Virus record (IMG/VR): IMGVR_UViG_3300050187_000003
Coordinates: 75,576-139,575 of that record
Direction: 5' to 3' (one strand)
Length of the DNA: 64,000 nt
Origin: a virus
Taxonomy: Duplodnaviria; Heunggongvirae; Uroviricota; Caudoviricetes
Shown here: one piece after another, positions 1-9,380 of the stretch
How the letters are laid out: every line of letters begins with the position of its first letter
Position numbering within the stretch: position 1 is the stretch's first letter
The notes under the pieces: generated by a model
What the model saw: only the letters and a program-made list of their open reading frames with translations
The model's database searches: none
What the model was told of the DNA's origin: nothing
Program-made: the position numbers and the translations under genes

Positions 1-174
1 GCCGTCGTGGCGGACGATGTAGGTGGTGACGAGGCCGACGACGTGGGCGGAAACCAGGTAGCAGCCGTCGGGGGTGGTGGCGTCGACTCCGGCCCAGAGG
101 ATGGTTTCCTGGCGAAGGATGTCGGGGATCTCGAACTCGACAGGGTCGGTCAGATGGCGGTCAAGGTTCATCGG

Positions 175-438
175 TCAGTCCTCCATCGGGATGGTGACGT
201 TGCGGGTGCGGGCGTACCGGACGAGTTCGGCGGTGAGTGCCTCGACGTTGCCACGAGCCTTCGCCCGAATCGCCTTGATGTCGCCGGGCCGATGCCCGTA
301 GTGGGTGTCGTCGCAGTGCTGGCAGATGAGCCGGCGGATTGAGTCCTCCGACTGGTGCTCCATCCGGTGCGCGAGGTAGCCGAGTTCGGCGGCCACGAGC
401 CGGATAGAGGTTTCGGTCAGCTGCTGGTCGTGTAGCAC
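175..438 (-). CDS. hypothetical phage protein
   Basis: 87-aa ORF; an AAGGAG RBS overlaps the end of the upstream gene; co-oriented with the leftward operon. Confidence 0.5.
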   Translation of the reverse strand: MLHDQQLTETSIRLVAAELGYLAHRMEHQSEDSIRRLICQHCDDTHYGHRPGDIKAIRAKARGNVEALTAELVRYARTRNVTIPMED

Positions 439-440
439 GG

Positions 441-848
441 CTACTCCTTTGGAAGTTGCCGGACGGCCAAGACGGCCCAGCGCTCGTCCGGAAAACTCCA
501 GCCGGCACCGAACGGCCGGTAGCCGGCAGCCCGGATCGCGGCGATCGTCCGGTGGTACCCCACCTTCGATTGTCCGCCGCCGCGCAGGTCGGCGTGGTGC
601 GGGATGGGGTACTCAACGTTGTTGATGGTGACCGTTGAGTTGTCCCCGACTCGGGTGTCGCCGAGAACGGCGGTGGTGAACCGCCGGTCAACGAACCAGG
701 TGCACATGTCGTGGGTGAGCATGCACCCGGGTGCGTCGTACATGGCGTCAGCGGCACCGCATAGCACGCTGACGGGGTCGGTAACCCCGCTGTCGAGGAT
801 CTTGTGGATGGCTACAAGCGCCATCTGCTCCGAGGTGGTGGCGTCCAT
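441..848 (-). CDS. hypothetical phage protein
   Basis: ORF 441-881; ATG at 848 (MDATTSEQ) chosen because a GGAG lies upstream. Confidence 0.55.
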   Translation of the reverse strand: MDATTSEQMALVAIHKILDSGVTDPVSVLCGAADAMYDAPGCMLTHDMCTWFVDRRFTTAVLGDTRVGDNSTVTINNVEYPIPHHADLRGGGQSKVGYHRTIAAIRAAGYRPFGAGWSFPDERWAVLAVRQLPKE

Positions 849-1014
849 TTCGGGGCTCCGTTCGGACGGGTCAGGCGTCAATGCGTTGCAGCGCGGACCA
901 GATTGCCTTGTCGTCGTGGTGCTGCAGCCAGCGCATGCCGTCTTCGACGTGGCGGATCTTCTGCTTCATGCTCGCCTTCGGGGGTGTTGCGGGGGTCTTC
1001 CTTGGCACCCAGAA

Positions 1015-1057
1015 CATTACTATAGGGTCATGGGGCTGGCAATACCCTAGAGTCATT
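1015..1057 (-). promoter_or_regulatory. sigma70-type promoter with tandem operator repeats
   Basis: Minus strand TTGCCA-N17-TAATGT; repeats TACTATAGGGTCATG (1018) and TACCCTAGAGTCATT (1043), 25 bp apart. Confidence 0.65.
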
Positions 1058-1328
1058 AATCTGTGGTGCGGAGCGGCCCGGCAGCCCGGCGATGCCGAGA
1101 CACCGCCTTGTTCACCGCAGGCACGCTGATCCCCAACACCTGCGCCGCGTCCGCGTACGACATCGACCTCGTCAACTCCACGACCGCCGCATCCGCCTCG
1201 GCGGACAGCAGCCGCTTCGCCTCATCGATCAACGCACGCGCGGTCCGGGCACGGGCTGCGGCCGGTAGCTGCGGCACCCGGCTGATGGTGCGGCCGAGCT
1301 CAACGGTGTTCTGCGGCGGATTGTCCAT
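1056..1328 (-). CDS. small HTH DNA-binding protein
   Basis: C-terminal HTH-like MSYADAAQVLGISVPAVNKAVSRH; TACCCT-N6-ATG suggests a leaderless start at 1328. Confidence 0.7.
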   Translation of the reverse strand: MDNPPQNTVELGRTISRVPQLPAAARARTARALIDEAKRLLSAEADAAVVELTRSMSYADAAQVLGISVPAVNKAVSRHRRAAGPLRTTD

Positions 1329-1348
1329 GACCGTAGGGTAGTCGCCTG

Positions 1349-1825
1349 TCATGCCGCGCCCACCTCCGACCAGTGCAGGTCCGGGCGGGTACAGCCGCCC
1401 AACACCAGCCGGTTACCGCAGTCGCTGCACGTTGCCCCCGGCTGGCGGCGGGACCACAGCAGCTCCCGGCGGATCTCGTACGGCCACCCCGACTCGTGCG
1501 ACCTGGTGCGGGTCCGCAGCCGCAGCAGCTCCGACTCGGCATCCAGATAGTCGACGGCCGAGAAGACGAACCCCCTGTCGGGGGCGGATGCCACGAACCG
1601 GCCGCCGTCGCGGGTCACGCACCCCTGGAACTGGGGGCTCCGGTTGGCGGGCCGCCACAGGGCTACCTCGACGAGCAGCGGGCCGGTGTCGGACACGAAC
1701 GTGCGGGCGACGGCGCCGTGTCGGGTCATGACGTAGTGCCGCACGAGGCCGGCGGTGTCATCGCCGACCACGGTCATCGTCTCGCGCTGGTAGCGGGCGC
1801 ACCTGGCGGTGTATCGGCGGGCCAC
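1349..1825 (-). CDS. hypothetical protein with C-terminal CxxC...C/H zinc motif
   Basis: 158-aa ORF, AAGGAG RBS, CSDCGNRLVLGGCTRPDLH. Confidence 0.6.
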   Translation of the reverse strand: MARRYTARCARYQRETMTVVGDDTAGLVRHYVMTRHGAVARTFVSDTGPLLVEVALWRPANRSPQFQGCVTRDGGRFVASAPDRGFVFSAVDYLDAESELLRLRTRTRSHESGWPYEIRRELLWSRRQPGATCSDCGNRLVLGGCTRPDLHWSEVGAA

Positions 1826-1929
1826 CGTTTCTCCTTCCGTCGAGCCCGTGGGGGGGCGTTCGTGGTTGTGGTGCTTCCGGCCGGATTCGATCCGACACCC
1901 TCACGGCAAACGCGGAAGCGGTCGTAGGG

Positions 1930-2172
1930 TCAGGGCTGACGTTCGGGCTGGATCTCCTTGCCGTCGTCCTCGGTGGCGACCTCCCACTCGCCGATGTCGA
2001 GCGACCACTTCGTCCCCCAGCCGGAGCACTGCCCGCAGACGTCGGAAGGCACGCTCGCGAATGCCTCCTCGATTGCGGCTTCCCGGGCGTCGTCCTCGTT
2101 GAGGCCGTCGTCGACTTCGACGGTGACGGCCACTGATGCGCCGGTCTCCAGGTAGACCCTGTACTTCGCCAT
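1930..2172 (-). CDS. small acidic phage protein
   Basis: MAKYRVYLETGASVAVTVEVDDGLNEDDAREAAIEEAF; GAGGAG RBS. Confidence 0.65.
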   Translation of the reverse strand: MAKYRVYLETGASVAVTVEVDDGLNEDDAREAAIEEAFASVPSDVCGQCSGWGTKWSLDIGEWEVATEDDGKEIQPERQP

Positions 2173-2174
2173 GG

Positions 2175-2405
2175 TCAGGTCTCCTCGGGTTGTTCGATGA
2201 CTTGGGCTCCCCAGCCGATCAGGTGGGTGATGCGTTCGCCGCTGACCTGCACGCCGGCTCCGGTGAAGGCTTGGTCGTTGGCGGGTTCCTGGCTGGTCCA
2301 CGGCCACGGGTTGTGCGCGGACGGCGGGGTCTTGCGCCAGCGGCTGCCGTCGGCTTCTTCGACGACGGTCCCGACCGGCATGAGCGTAGTCCGGTGAGGG
2401 CGCAT
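2175..2405 (-). CDS. hypothetical protein
   Basis: Short ORF tightly packed in the leftward operon. Confidence 0.5.
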   Translation of the reverse strand: MRPHRTTLMPVGTVVEEADGSRWRKTPPSAHNPWPWTSQEPANDQAFTGAGVQVSGERITHLIGWGAQVIEQPEET

Positions 2406-2747
2406 GGTCACACCTCGTCAGCAATGTCAGTGGCGTTCACGGTCACACCTTCCGGCCGAAGCGGGCGATGAACCCCGCGACTGGCCTGAGCGAGTCATGC
2501 CATACCTTGCGGGAACGCCAGCTGGAACGGCCGGCGTTCCCGCATCGGCGGCACGGCCAGGTCTCGCACGGGACGGTGGCCTTCAACCACCAGATGCGGA
2601 CGGGGCGGGCGAGTTCGTTGACGATCTTCACGGTGTGGGCTCCTTACGGCTTGTCGCCGGTTGGGGGTGGTCAGCGGTCGAAGTGGCCGTCTGCGGCCAT
2701 CAGATCGCCCTCCGGGGGTTGTGGGCGCCTTCCTTTGACACCCACAA

Positions 2748-2790
2748 CAATACCTTAGGGTCATGGTACTAGCAATACCCTACGGTCATG
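2748..2790 (-). promoter_or_regulatory. sigma70-type promoter with tandem operator repeats; paralogue of 1015-1057
   Basis: Minus strand TTGCTA-N17-TATTGT; repeats TACCTTAGGGTCATG (2751) and TACCCTACGGTCATG (2776), 25 bp apart. Confidence 0.65.
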
Positions 2791-2990
2791 AGGTGTGCGG
2801 TGAGGGCGGAGTGCCAGCGCGCTACTGGCACTCCGCCCTCAGTTCCGTCCTGCCCTACCGGACGCCTCCCGGCCGACATGCTGCCCCAGCCGGTCCTTCG
2901 CATCCTGCGACGCGTACGGGTCCTTGGCCGCTCGCTCAACCAGCCGCCGCAACTCGGCATCCGACATGCCCGCCAACTGCCGGGGCACAC

Positions 2991-3152
2991 TCAACGGCGG
3001 ACCTCCGGTGCCGGCGGCCTCGTCCTCGCCTCGGCGACCCCGCAACGCTGAGCGGGCGGACGGCCCTCCGCCCGCACCACCGCGGCGATCCTCGGCCCAC
3101 AGTACGAACACTTAGCTGTGTTGCCGCACGTGCATTGGGTACGGTCATACAT
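2991..3152 (-). CDS. small Cys-rich protein
   Basis: MYDRTQCTCGNTAKCSYCG; GAAGGAG RBS. Confidence 0.5.
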   Translation of the reverse strand: MYDRTQCTCGNTAKCSYCGPRIAAVVRAEGRPPAQRCGVAEARTRPPAPEVRR

Positions 3153-3645
3153 ACCTACTCCTTCGGGGTTGGGTTGGACTGCCTCGGTGCCCGCAGCACC
3201 AGGCAGTCCGTCTCCTGGGTTGGGAGAAAAACGAGCGGGGCGCGTTCCATCGGCCACGGCGGGACACGCCCCGCTTCTCTTCGTTACTGCCGCACCGCGT
3301 CCAGTGGCAGCGCCTCGGCAGTCGGATGTCCCTCATGGACCGTGTCGTCGTGTTGGCCGGCGCCTTGGACGGCGTCGTCCCCGTCAACGGCCTCCACCGG
3401 GCCGGTGCCGCACACCGCGCACACCGTCACCCACGTCACGACGTGCCCGACTCGGCGGCGCTGACATTCAACACCTCAACCGCGGTGGTGCTGTGCTCGT
3501 CCAACGTCGCGGTCACTTACTTCTCCTCACGTCGGTTGTTGGGGGCCGGTCGTGACCCTGTCGGGGCTACGACCAGCAGGTCAGTTGTTCTGCCAGCGGG
3601 ATCCCCGCGGTGGCGGGGTGTCGAATCCTGCGGCACCCAGTTGCG

Positions 3646-4329
3646 TTAGCCGTCAAGCATCACCTCGGCGAGGAGGTCGCGGTGGGCGGGAAACACCTCG
3701 CCGTCGTAAACGGCGACTAGGTGGCGCACAACGCAGCCGTAGTTGACGGCGGGCACCCACACGGCGCGTCGGGCGTCGTCGCCGCCGGCCACGTCGGGCA
3801 GGACGTTCCAGCCGTGACCGAGGTCGATACGGACCGGGACGGTGACCATCCACGCCTCGTCGGAGGCCCGCGGGTCTGGCACGTACCGGGCCGGCAGGGT
3901 CCTGACCCGATACGTGCCGGCGGGGTCGACGATCAGGCCGGTTTCCTCGGCCAGTTCCCGAAACGCTGCGTGCGTCGGGTCCTCACCGGGGTCGACGTGT
4001 CCGCCGGGCAGCGCCCACCCGTGGCCGTCGCCGCGTTCGACCAGCAGCAACCATCGCCGCCCGACGGGGTCCGAGGCGGTGACGATCGCGTCGGCGGCCA
4101 GGGCCTCCCCCCAGTGGCCCAGCTCGTTGCGGCCGAAGCGGATGCCGGTCGGCGCGTACGGGTTGACCGGCCGCCCGGCCACGAGTCCGAACGGGATCGC
4201 GGCGGCGGCGCGGCGAGCGGCCCAGTCGATGCGGGTGGGGTCCGTCTCCGGGTCGGCCCACGGCGCCCCGGCTGCGATGCCGGCTAGTACGGACGGGTGG
4301 GTGAAGGTGCCGCTTATCTGCTGGTTCAC
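3646..4329 (-). CDS. Nudix hydrolase, NUDT9/ADP-ribose pyrophosphatase-like
   Basis: Nudix box GGHVDPGEDPTHAAFRELAEETG; NUDT9-type motifs GRNELGHWG, DPRASDEAW and GDDA. Confidence 0.85.
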   Translation of the reverse strand: MNQQISGTFTHPSVLAGIAAGAPWADPETDPTRIDWAARRAAAAIPFGLVAGRPVNPYAPTGIRFGRNELGHWGEALAADAIVTASDPVGRRWLLLVERGDGHGWALPGGHVDPGEDPTHAAFRELAEETGLIVDPAGTYRVRTLPARYVPDPRASDEAWMVTVPVRIDLGHGWNVLPDVAGGDDARRAVWVPAVNYGCVVRHLVAVYDGEVFPAHRDLLAEVMLDG

Positions 4330-4687
4330 GTGATTCTCCCCATTTTTCGGTGGCGGGTCAGGACTGGGCGGCGTTGCGGCGCTGCGCGTTGGACGCCTTG
4401 CGCTGCTCGATGGCCTTGTCGGAGCACATCTGCGGGTTGGCCCGCACGGCGTTGCGGCTCAGATCGGCGTACTGCTGGTCGCTGATCGTGGTCGGCACCG
4501 CAGGGGTCAGGGCGCTCAACGCCAGCCTCCGGACTGGGCGATCGCGTCCCGGCGTGCGGTGCTCCGGGCCGGACGGATCTCGACCTCCCGGATACGGCGC
4601 TTGCCGACAACGAGCCGGTACGGGCGTGCCTCCCCAACCGCGTGGGTGATCGTCCGCGATGCGTACATGGCAGTTCTCCTTGTTGGG

Positions 4688-4990
4688 TTAGTCGCGGCCA
4701 GCCGCGGGCGCCAGCCAGTCCAGGGCGAGTCGGGCCATCAGCCGGCCGTTGTCGCCGTCGAACCAGGCCAGCGGGTTCCCGGACGGGTCGAGCAGCCGCA
4801 GAGACACGTCGCCTCCGGCCGGTGCGGTGACAGACAGTCGGATCGGATGCCCGTCAACATCGGTGAGAGCGATTTCGGTGCGGCACATGCCCGCGCAGCG
4901 GGTGATGTCGCACCACAGGGTGTGCCCGGTTGGGCCGGCGGTGCGGAGTTGGCGGAAGAAGTCGTCGTTCCCGTCGGCGGGGGCGGTCAT
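4688..4990 (-). CDS. hypothetical protein
   Basis: MTAPADGNDDFFRQLR; start overlaps the upstream stop codon (ATGA). Confidence 0.55.
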   Translation of the reverse strand: MTAPADGNDDFFRQLRTAGPTGHTLWCDITRCAGMCRTEIALTDVDGHPIRLSVTAPAGGDVSLRLLDPSGNPLAWFDGDNGRLMARLALDWLAPAAGRD

Positions 4991-5250
4991 CGGGCGCCGC
5001 CGACGGGGATCGTCTGCGGGTTGGTGGTGGCGGTGATGTGCCGGGCCACCGCCTGGGCTGCGTGGTGGGTGAGGACGATCTGGTTGCCGTCGTCGGCAGT
5101 CAATGTGACTGTCAGTCCGCCGTCGTCGGCGACGGTGACGGCTTTCACCTGCCCGGCTTTGATCGTGGCCCGGCACGGACCGCTGCCCGCGGCTGTCTGA
5201 CACCACGGGGCATGCTCGGTGCCGAGTTCGACCAGTGCCCCCTGGCCCAT
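4987..5250 (-). CDS. hypothetical protein
   Basis: MGQGALVELGTEHAPWC; translationally coupled at both ends. Confidence 0.5.
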   Translation of the reverse strand: MGQGALVELGTEHAPWCQTAAGSGPCRATIKAGQVKAVTVADDGGLTVTLTADDGNQIVLTHHAAQAVARHITATTNPQTIPVGGAR

Positions 5251-5947
5251 CAGCGCACCACCCGCAGGCACGGACGGTCTGAACCCTGCGGCGGGGCAGG
5301 GGTGTCGCTGGGTGCGGCGTCTCTGAAACCCTGGAGGTAGCCCTGCCACCAGGCTTTGCTGATGTCCTGCGGGTGGGTGTCGTCCAGAACAGGCGGGGGG
5401 GTGGGGGGCGTCAGCCTGACCATGCTGATCCGATCTTCGGGAGGGTGATGGTGTCGGTGAATGGGCAGAACGCTTCGGCTTCGGCCCACGGGTCGACCGG
5501 TGGCGGCGGTGCGGGCGGGGGGTGGTTCGGGCGACGTCGGGGCCGAGTCGGCAGCAACAGTGCGAGCAGGCGGGTCACCGGCCGCAGCCGATCCGCTGAT
5601 AGGGCAGCCACTGCCCGGTCTCGTCGTCGACGTCCAGGTCGGCCCACCGGCCCTGCTGCCTGTCCACGATTGCCTGGGTCATCTGGCAGGCTTCGACGCC
5701 GCTGCGGGCGTCGAACACGAACACCTGACCGGCGGGGGCGTCGGGGGTGTCGTGGATTTCGGCCCGGTAGGCGGTCACCGTTGTCCGCCGGTGGGGTACA
5801 GGCGTCCGGCGCGGCACGGCATCGCAGAAACGGGGATGGGGGTTGCGGAATGTCCGGTCGCTTCCACGGCGTCGGCGGCTGCCTGCTGGTGGTCGGGGCA
5901 GGCGGGTAGCCAGCCGACAACCACGACGGCGGCCGCGGTGCAGGTGT

Positions 5948-6253
5948 TCACAGCGCGACCTGACGAACGACGAGAGGATGGCCGGTGTCGAGGCTGACCG
6001 TCGCACCGTTGTGGGCGGTCCACAGGCTGCCGTCGGGGCGTTTCGACACCGGCAGCCACTCCCGGTGCTTGGCGTTTTTCTGGACTGTGGACACTTGGAA
6101 CGGCAGCCCGGTAATTCTGTTGCCGTCAACGTCGGTGTAGGCGGCGACCTCGAAGGTGCCGCGCATTTCCCGGAGTGCGGTGATGGTGGTCTGGAACGGT
6201 GCCCGGGGTGCGGTCAGTGTCAGTTCGCCTTCCCCGTTGAGCCTTGTACGCAT
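5948..6253 (-). CDS. hypothetical protein
   Basis: MRTRLNGEGELTLTAP; GAGGGGAG RBS. Confidence 0.55.
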   Translation of the reverse strand: MRTRLNGEGELTLTAPRAPFQTTITALREMRGTFEVAAYTDVDGNRITGLPFQVSTVQKNAKHREWLPVSKRPDGSLWTAHNGATVSLDTGHPLVVRQVAL

Positions 6254-6600
6254 GGGTTTCTCCCCTCGACGTTGGGGCGGATGGTGGGTTGCGGGGGTCG
6301 GACCGGTGTACGCCCTCCTTGGCAGCACACCGGTCCGACCCGGATCAGGAGCCGGCAGCAGGGTTCCGGTCGACGACGCCGAGTTTGCGGCGCCGCCGGC
6401 GGCGGGGTGCGTCCTGCAGCGGGAAATCGGCGACGGGCTGCCAGCGGGCGGACGCCTTGCGGGCGACGGTCAGCGGGCTCACCGGCGTAGCCCCCATCCG
6501 AATGCGACCGCCGCTGCGGTGAGGGCCAGCAGGATGACGATTCCGATCGCGTCGTCGGCGGTGATGGCGGACACCGTGAAGTGCGCGTTTGGGTTGTCCA

Positions 6601-7290
6601 TCAGGCCCCCGTTTGTCGGGCGGTGGTGCGGCGCTTCCCCGCTGGGGTGGCGATCGCGCCGATCACGACGGTGTGCCAGCGGTTGCCGCGTTCCACACGG
6701 TTGGTGACGGCGGTCAGCCAGCCGCGTTCGGGGCGGTCGCCGGCCAAGATGGTGGACACGGATGCCTTCCCGGGGCCTCGGCCGCGCATCACCATGCCGT
6801 GTTCGGCGGCGTAGGCGACGGCCCGGTCGATGGCGTCGGACGGCTGCTTCGGGATCCGCTTCAGCGGCGGCATCTGCGCCTGAACGTGGGATGGGCCGCG
6901 CAGGTTGTTGAAGTGGTTCCGGAGCTCGGCCAGCCGCTGCTTGTCGTCCGGGGTCTCCGCCCGTTCCAGAACGGCGTTGATTTCCTCGACCCGCTTGCCG
7001 GCGGCCGGACGGCGGTCGTTGAGAGCGTCTTGGAGGGCGAAGACGAGTTCGAGGTGGACCGCTTCGGCGATGTCCTCGTACTTGTGTCCGGCGAGGGCGC
7101 CGTTCTTGATGGCGGTGTGGATGAGGTCGGCGATGTGCCGGTCGGCGGTGGTGTAGCACAGCTCGTGGATGGGGTTCGGTCCTTGCATGACGGCGATGCT
7201 GAAGTGGTTGTCGACGGTGACCTGGGCAACGACGTGGTATGCGCCGAAGGTGTTGTCGACCTGGGTGACGCGGTGGGCGGTACCCTGCAC
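6601..7290 (-). CDS. hypothetical protein, first gene of the leftward early operon
   Basis: 229-aa ORF, AAGGAG RBS, downstream of the promoter at 7386-7414. Confidence 0.7.
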   Translation of the reverse strand: MQGTAHRVTQVDNTFGAYHVVAQVTVDNHFSIAVMQGPNPIHELCYTTADRHIADLIHTAIKNGALAGHKYEDIAEAVHLELVFALQDALNDRRPAAGKRVEEINAVLERAETPDDKQRLAELRNHFNNLRGPSHVQAQMPPLKRIPKQPSDAIDRAVAYAAEHGMVMRGRGPGKASVSTILAGDRPERGWLTAVTNRVERGNRWHTVVIGAIATPAGKRRTTARQTGA

Positions 7291-7378
7291 GGCAGGTACT
7301 CCTTCTGGAGTGCTGATGGGCTCCCGTGCCGGGGCTCCGCCAAGATGATCCGGCGCGGGAGTTTTACTGTCTCGCTGT

Positions 7379-7467
7379 GCCTACTACGGTAGGCATCACC
7401 TCTCGAGATGTCAACCGGGGTAGGCCGAATGTCGTAGGCATGCTTGCTTAGGCCAAAAACGGTAGGC
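7379..7467. promoter_or_regulatory. divergent promoter/operator region
   Basis: Minus strand TTGACA-N17-TACCGT (7414-7386). GTAGGC at 7389, 7420, 7434 and 7462, TTAGGC at 7448, and inverted GCCTAC at 7379. Confidence 0.65.
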
Positions 7468-7478
7468 ACCATGGGCAG

Positions 7479-7778
7479 ATGACAACCCTCGACGACGTCG
7501 TAGACGCCTGGAACGGCATCGAACAGGCCCGGCAGACCGCGACGGAGCACTACCGCGCAGTCCTCCGCCAAGCCATCGCCGAAGGCGTCAAACAGGCCGA
7601 CATCCTCAGAAGCATCGACCGCAGCCGCGAGATGCTGCGCCGCGACGCCATGCCCGAGGAAGAACGCGCCGCCCTCCGCCAGGCCGCAACCGACCGTGCC
7701 CGCCGGCAGAAGGCCGCGATGCGCACCGCCCGCAAGCGAAGCAAACCCGGCCACAACGGCACCTCTCAGGTCGACTGA
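7479..7778 (+). CDS. small putative DNA-binding regulator
   Basis: LRQAIAEGVKQADILRSIDRSREMLRR resembles an actinophage HTH; basic C-terminus; divergent from the early operon. Confidence 0.55.
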   Translation: MTTLDDVVDAWNGIEQARQTATEHYRAVLRQAIAEGVKQADILRSIDRSREMLRRDAMPEEERAALRQAATDRARRQKAAMRTARKRSKPGHNGTSQVD

Positions 7779-7902
7779 CTGTCGTACGTCAATCCCACCA
7801 AGAACCACGCCGCGAAAGAACGGCATCCAGCCGACACCTGCAAGCCATCCGATGGGCATCCACTGGGCATCCAGTGGGCACAGACCAAGAAAGGGACCCC
7901 CA

Positions 7903-9375
7903 ATGGTTCGGCGCAGCAGCGAAGCAACCCCGAACACCACCATGTGCAACCTGCGAGAATCCCGCGCCGAATCCCAAGCCGACGTGGCCGAATCACTCAA
8001 CACCCTCGCCCGCCATGCAGGTAAGAATGTGGAGGTAACCGCCCACCAAATCAGCAGATGGGAACGTGGTGTCACCAAACCAACGCACATCTACCGCAGG
8101 CTCCTCGGTGAGCACTACGGCGTCTCCGTCGACCAGCTCGGCTTCGCCGACCTACGTCCGGAACCGGCCCGCATGACCGCCGCCACGGCAGCCTTCGCCC
8201 AGGTCACCACCCAGACCGCCACCGAAGCCCCGGTTGTGGCCGCCAGCCAAACCCAGTGGCGGGCCACCCGCACCCTCCTCAACGCCCGACGGGTGCCACT
8301 CGCCCGAGCAGTCGCCGACCTGTACGACGACGCGCACTACGCCGGAACCGGAATGCTCACCCGCCCGGAATGGCTCCCCGACCAGCCGATGCCACTCGAA
8401 TGGATCGGCGTCACCACCGCAACCGCCGAGGCACCGACGTTCACCGGAGCAGAGGCCGTAACCGAACACGTCCGACCATTCTCGGCACCCGAACGCCGCC
8501 ACGGGCGGTACAGCCAAGCCATCCGGCACCTCAACAACCCGCGACTGTTCGAAAACCGGCTGTCGTGGCGGCTCGCGGACGTCAGCTGGAACGATGTCGG
8601 CGGCAAGCTCGCATTCGACCAGATGACCTACTTCGACTTGGTTGACACCGGCGAGGCCATCGCCCATGAAGCCGCCGCCCGTTACCTCACCCCCGCAGGT
8701 GACATCCGCCCCGTGTCGTGGCGGGGCCTCGGCGCCCGCAAGCAGCTCGGCGACCCGTTCGACACCGCCCGCCGCGCCGTCGCACTGGCCGTTGACACCC
8801 TCACCATCCGCCTCGACCGGGACGGGGCAACGTTCGTGCTGCATCAGCGGGACTCCGGCAACGTCGCGGTCGCCGGCGGCATGATGCACGTGATGCCGTG
8901 CGGCATTTTCCAACCGGCCTCCGTGCACCCGGCTTCGCTGGTGCAGGACTTCAACCTGTGGCGCAACATCCAGCGGGAGTACTCGGAGGAGTTCCTGGGC
9001 AACCCCGAGCACGACGGCACCGGACAGCCCGTCGACTACGACAGCGCACCGTTCAGCGACATGCAGGCTGCGGTCGACGCCGGCCGTTTGCGGACCTACT
9101 GCCTCGGCGTCGGCATGGACGCACTCACCCTCGCCGGGGAAGCGCTAACGGTCGCTGTGTGGGACGCCGACGTGTACGACCGGCTGTTCGCCCACATGGT
9201 CGACCACAACGACGAGGGCACTGTCGTGAAGACCGGGTCGGCCAGGCCGACGTCGGCGATCCCCTTCACGGGTCACATGGTCGACGAACTGTGCGACGGC
9301 GGACGGCTCGCCCCAGCGGGGGCCGGGCTGCTCCGGTTGGCGTGGCAGCACCGACACGCCCTGCTGGGCCGGTGA
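7903..9375 (+). CDS. XRE-family HTH fused to a large C-terminal domain with a Nudix-like box
   Basis: N-terminal LRESRAESQADVAE...QISRWERG; C-terminal HVMPCGIFQP...LWRNIQREYSEEFLG. Confidence 0.75.
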   Translation: MVRRSSEATPNTTMCNLRESRAESQADVAESLNTLARHAGKNVEVTAHQISRWERGVTKPTHIYRRLLGEHYGVSVDQLGFADLRPEPARMTAATAAFAQVTTQTATEAPVVAASQTQWRATRTLLNARRVPLARAVADLYDDAHYAGTGMLTRPEWLPDQPMPLEWIGVTTATAEAPTFTGAEAVTEHVRPFSAPERRHGRYSQAIRHLNNPRLFENRLSWRLADVSWNDVGGKLAFDQMTYFDLVDTGEAIAHEAAARYLTPAGDIRPVSWRGLGARKQLGDPFDTARRAVALAVDTLTIRLDRDGATFVLHQRDSGNVAVAGGMMHVMPCGIFQPASVHPASLVQDFNLWRNIQREYSEEFLGNPEHDGTGQPVDYDSAPFSDMQAAVDAGRLRTYCLGVGMDALTLAGEALTVAVWDADVYDRLFAHMVDHNDEGTVVKTGSARPTSAIPFTGHMVDELCDGGRLAPAGAGLLRLAWQHRHALLGR

Positions 9376-9380
9376 CCGGC

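Noticed and set aside
3600-3640. tRNA fragment (GGTGTCGAATCC)
   Set aside because: The loop is not the canonical TTCRANY in a 5-bp stem, and no other tRNA arms are present.
6861-8090. 409-aa minus-strand ORF spanning the switch region
   Set aside because: It overlaps better-supported genes on both strands and crosses a promoter region; composition is not protein-like.
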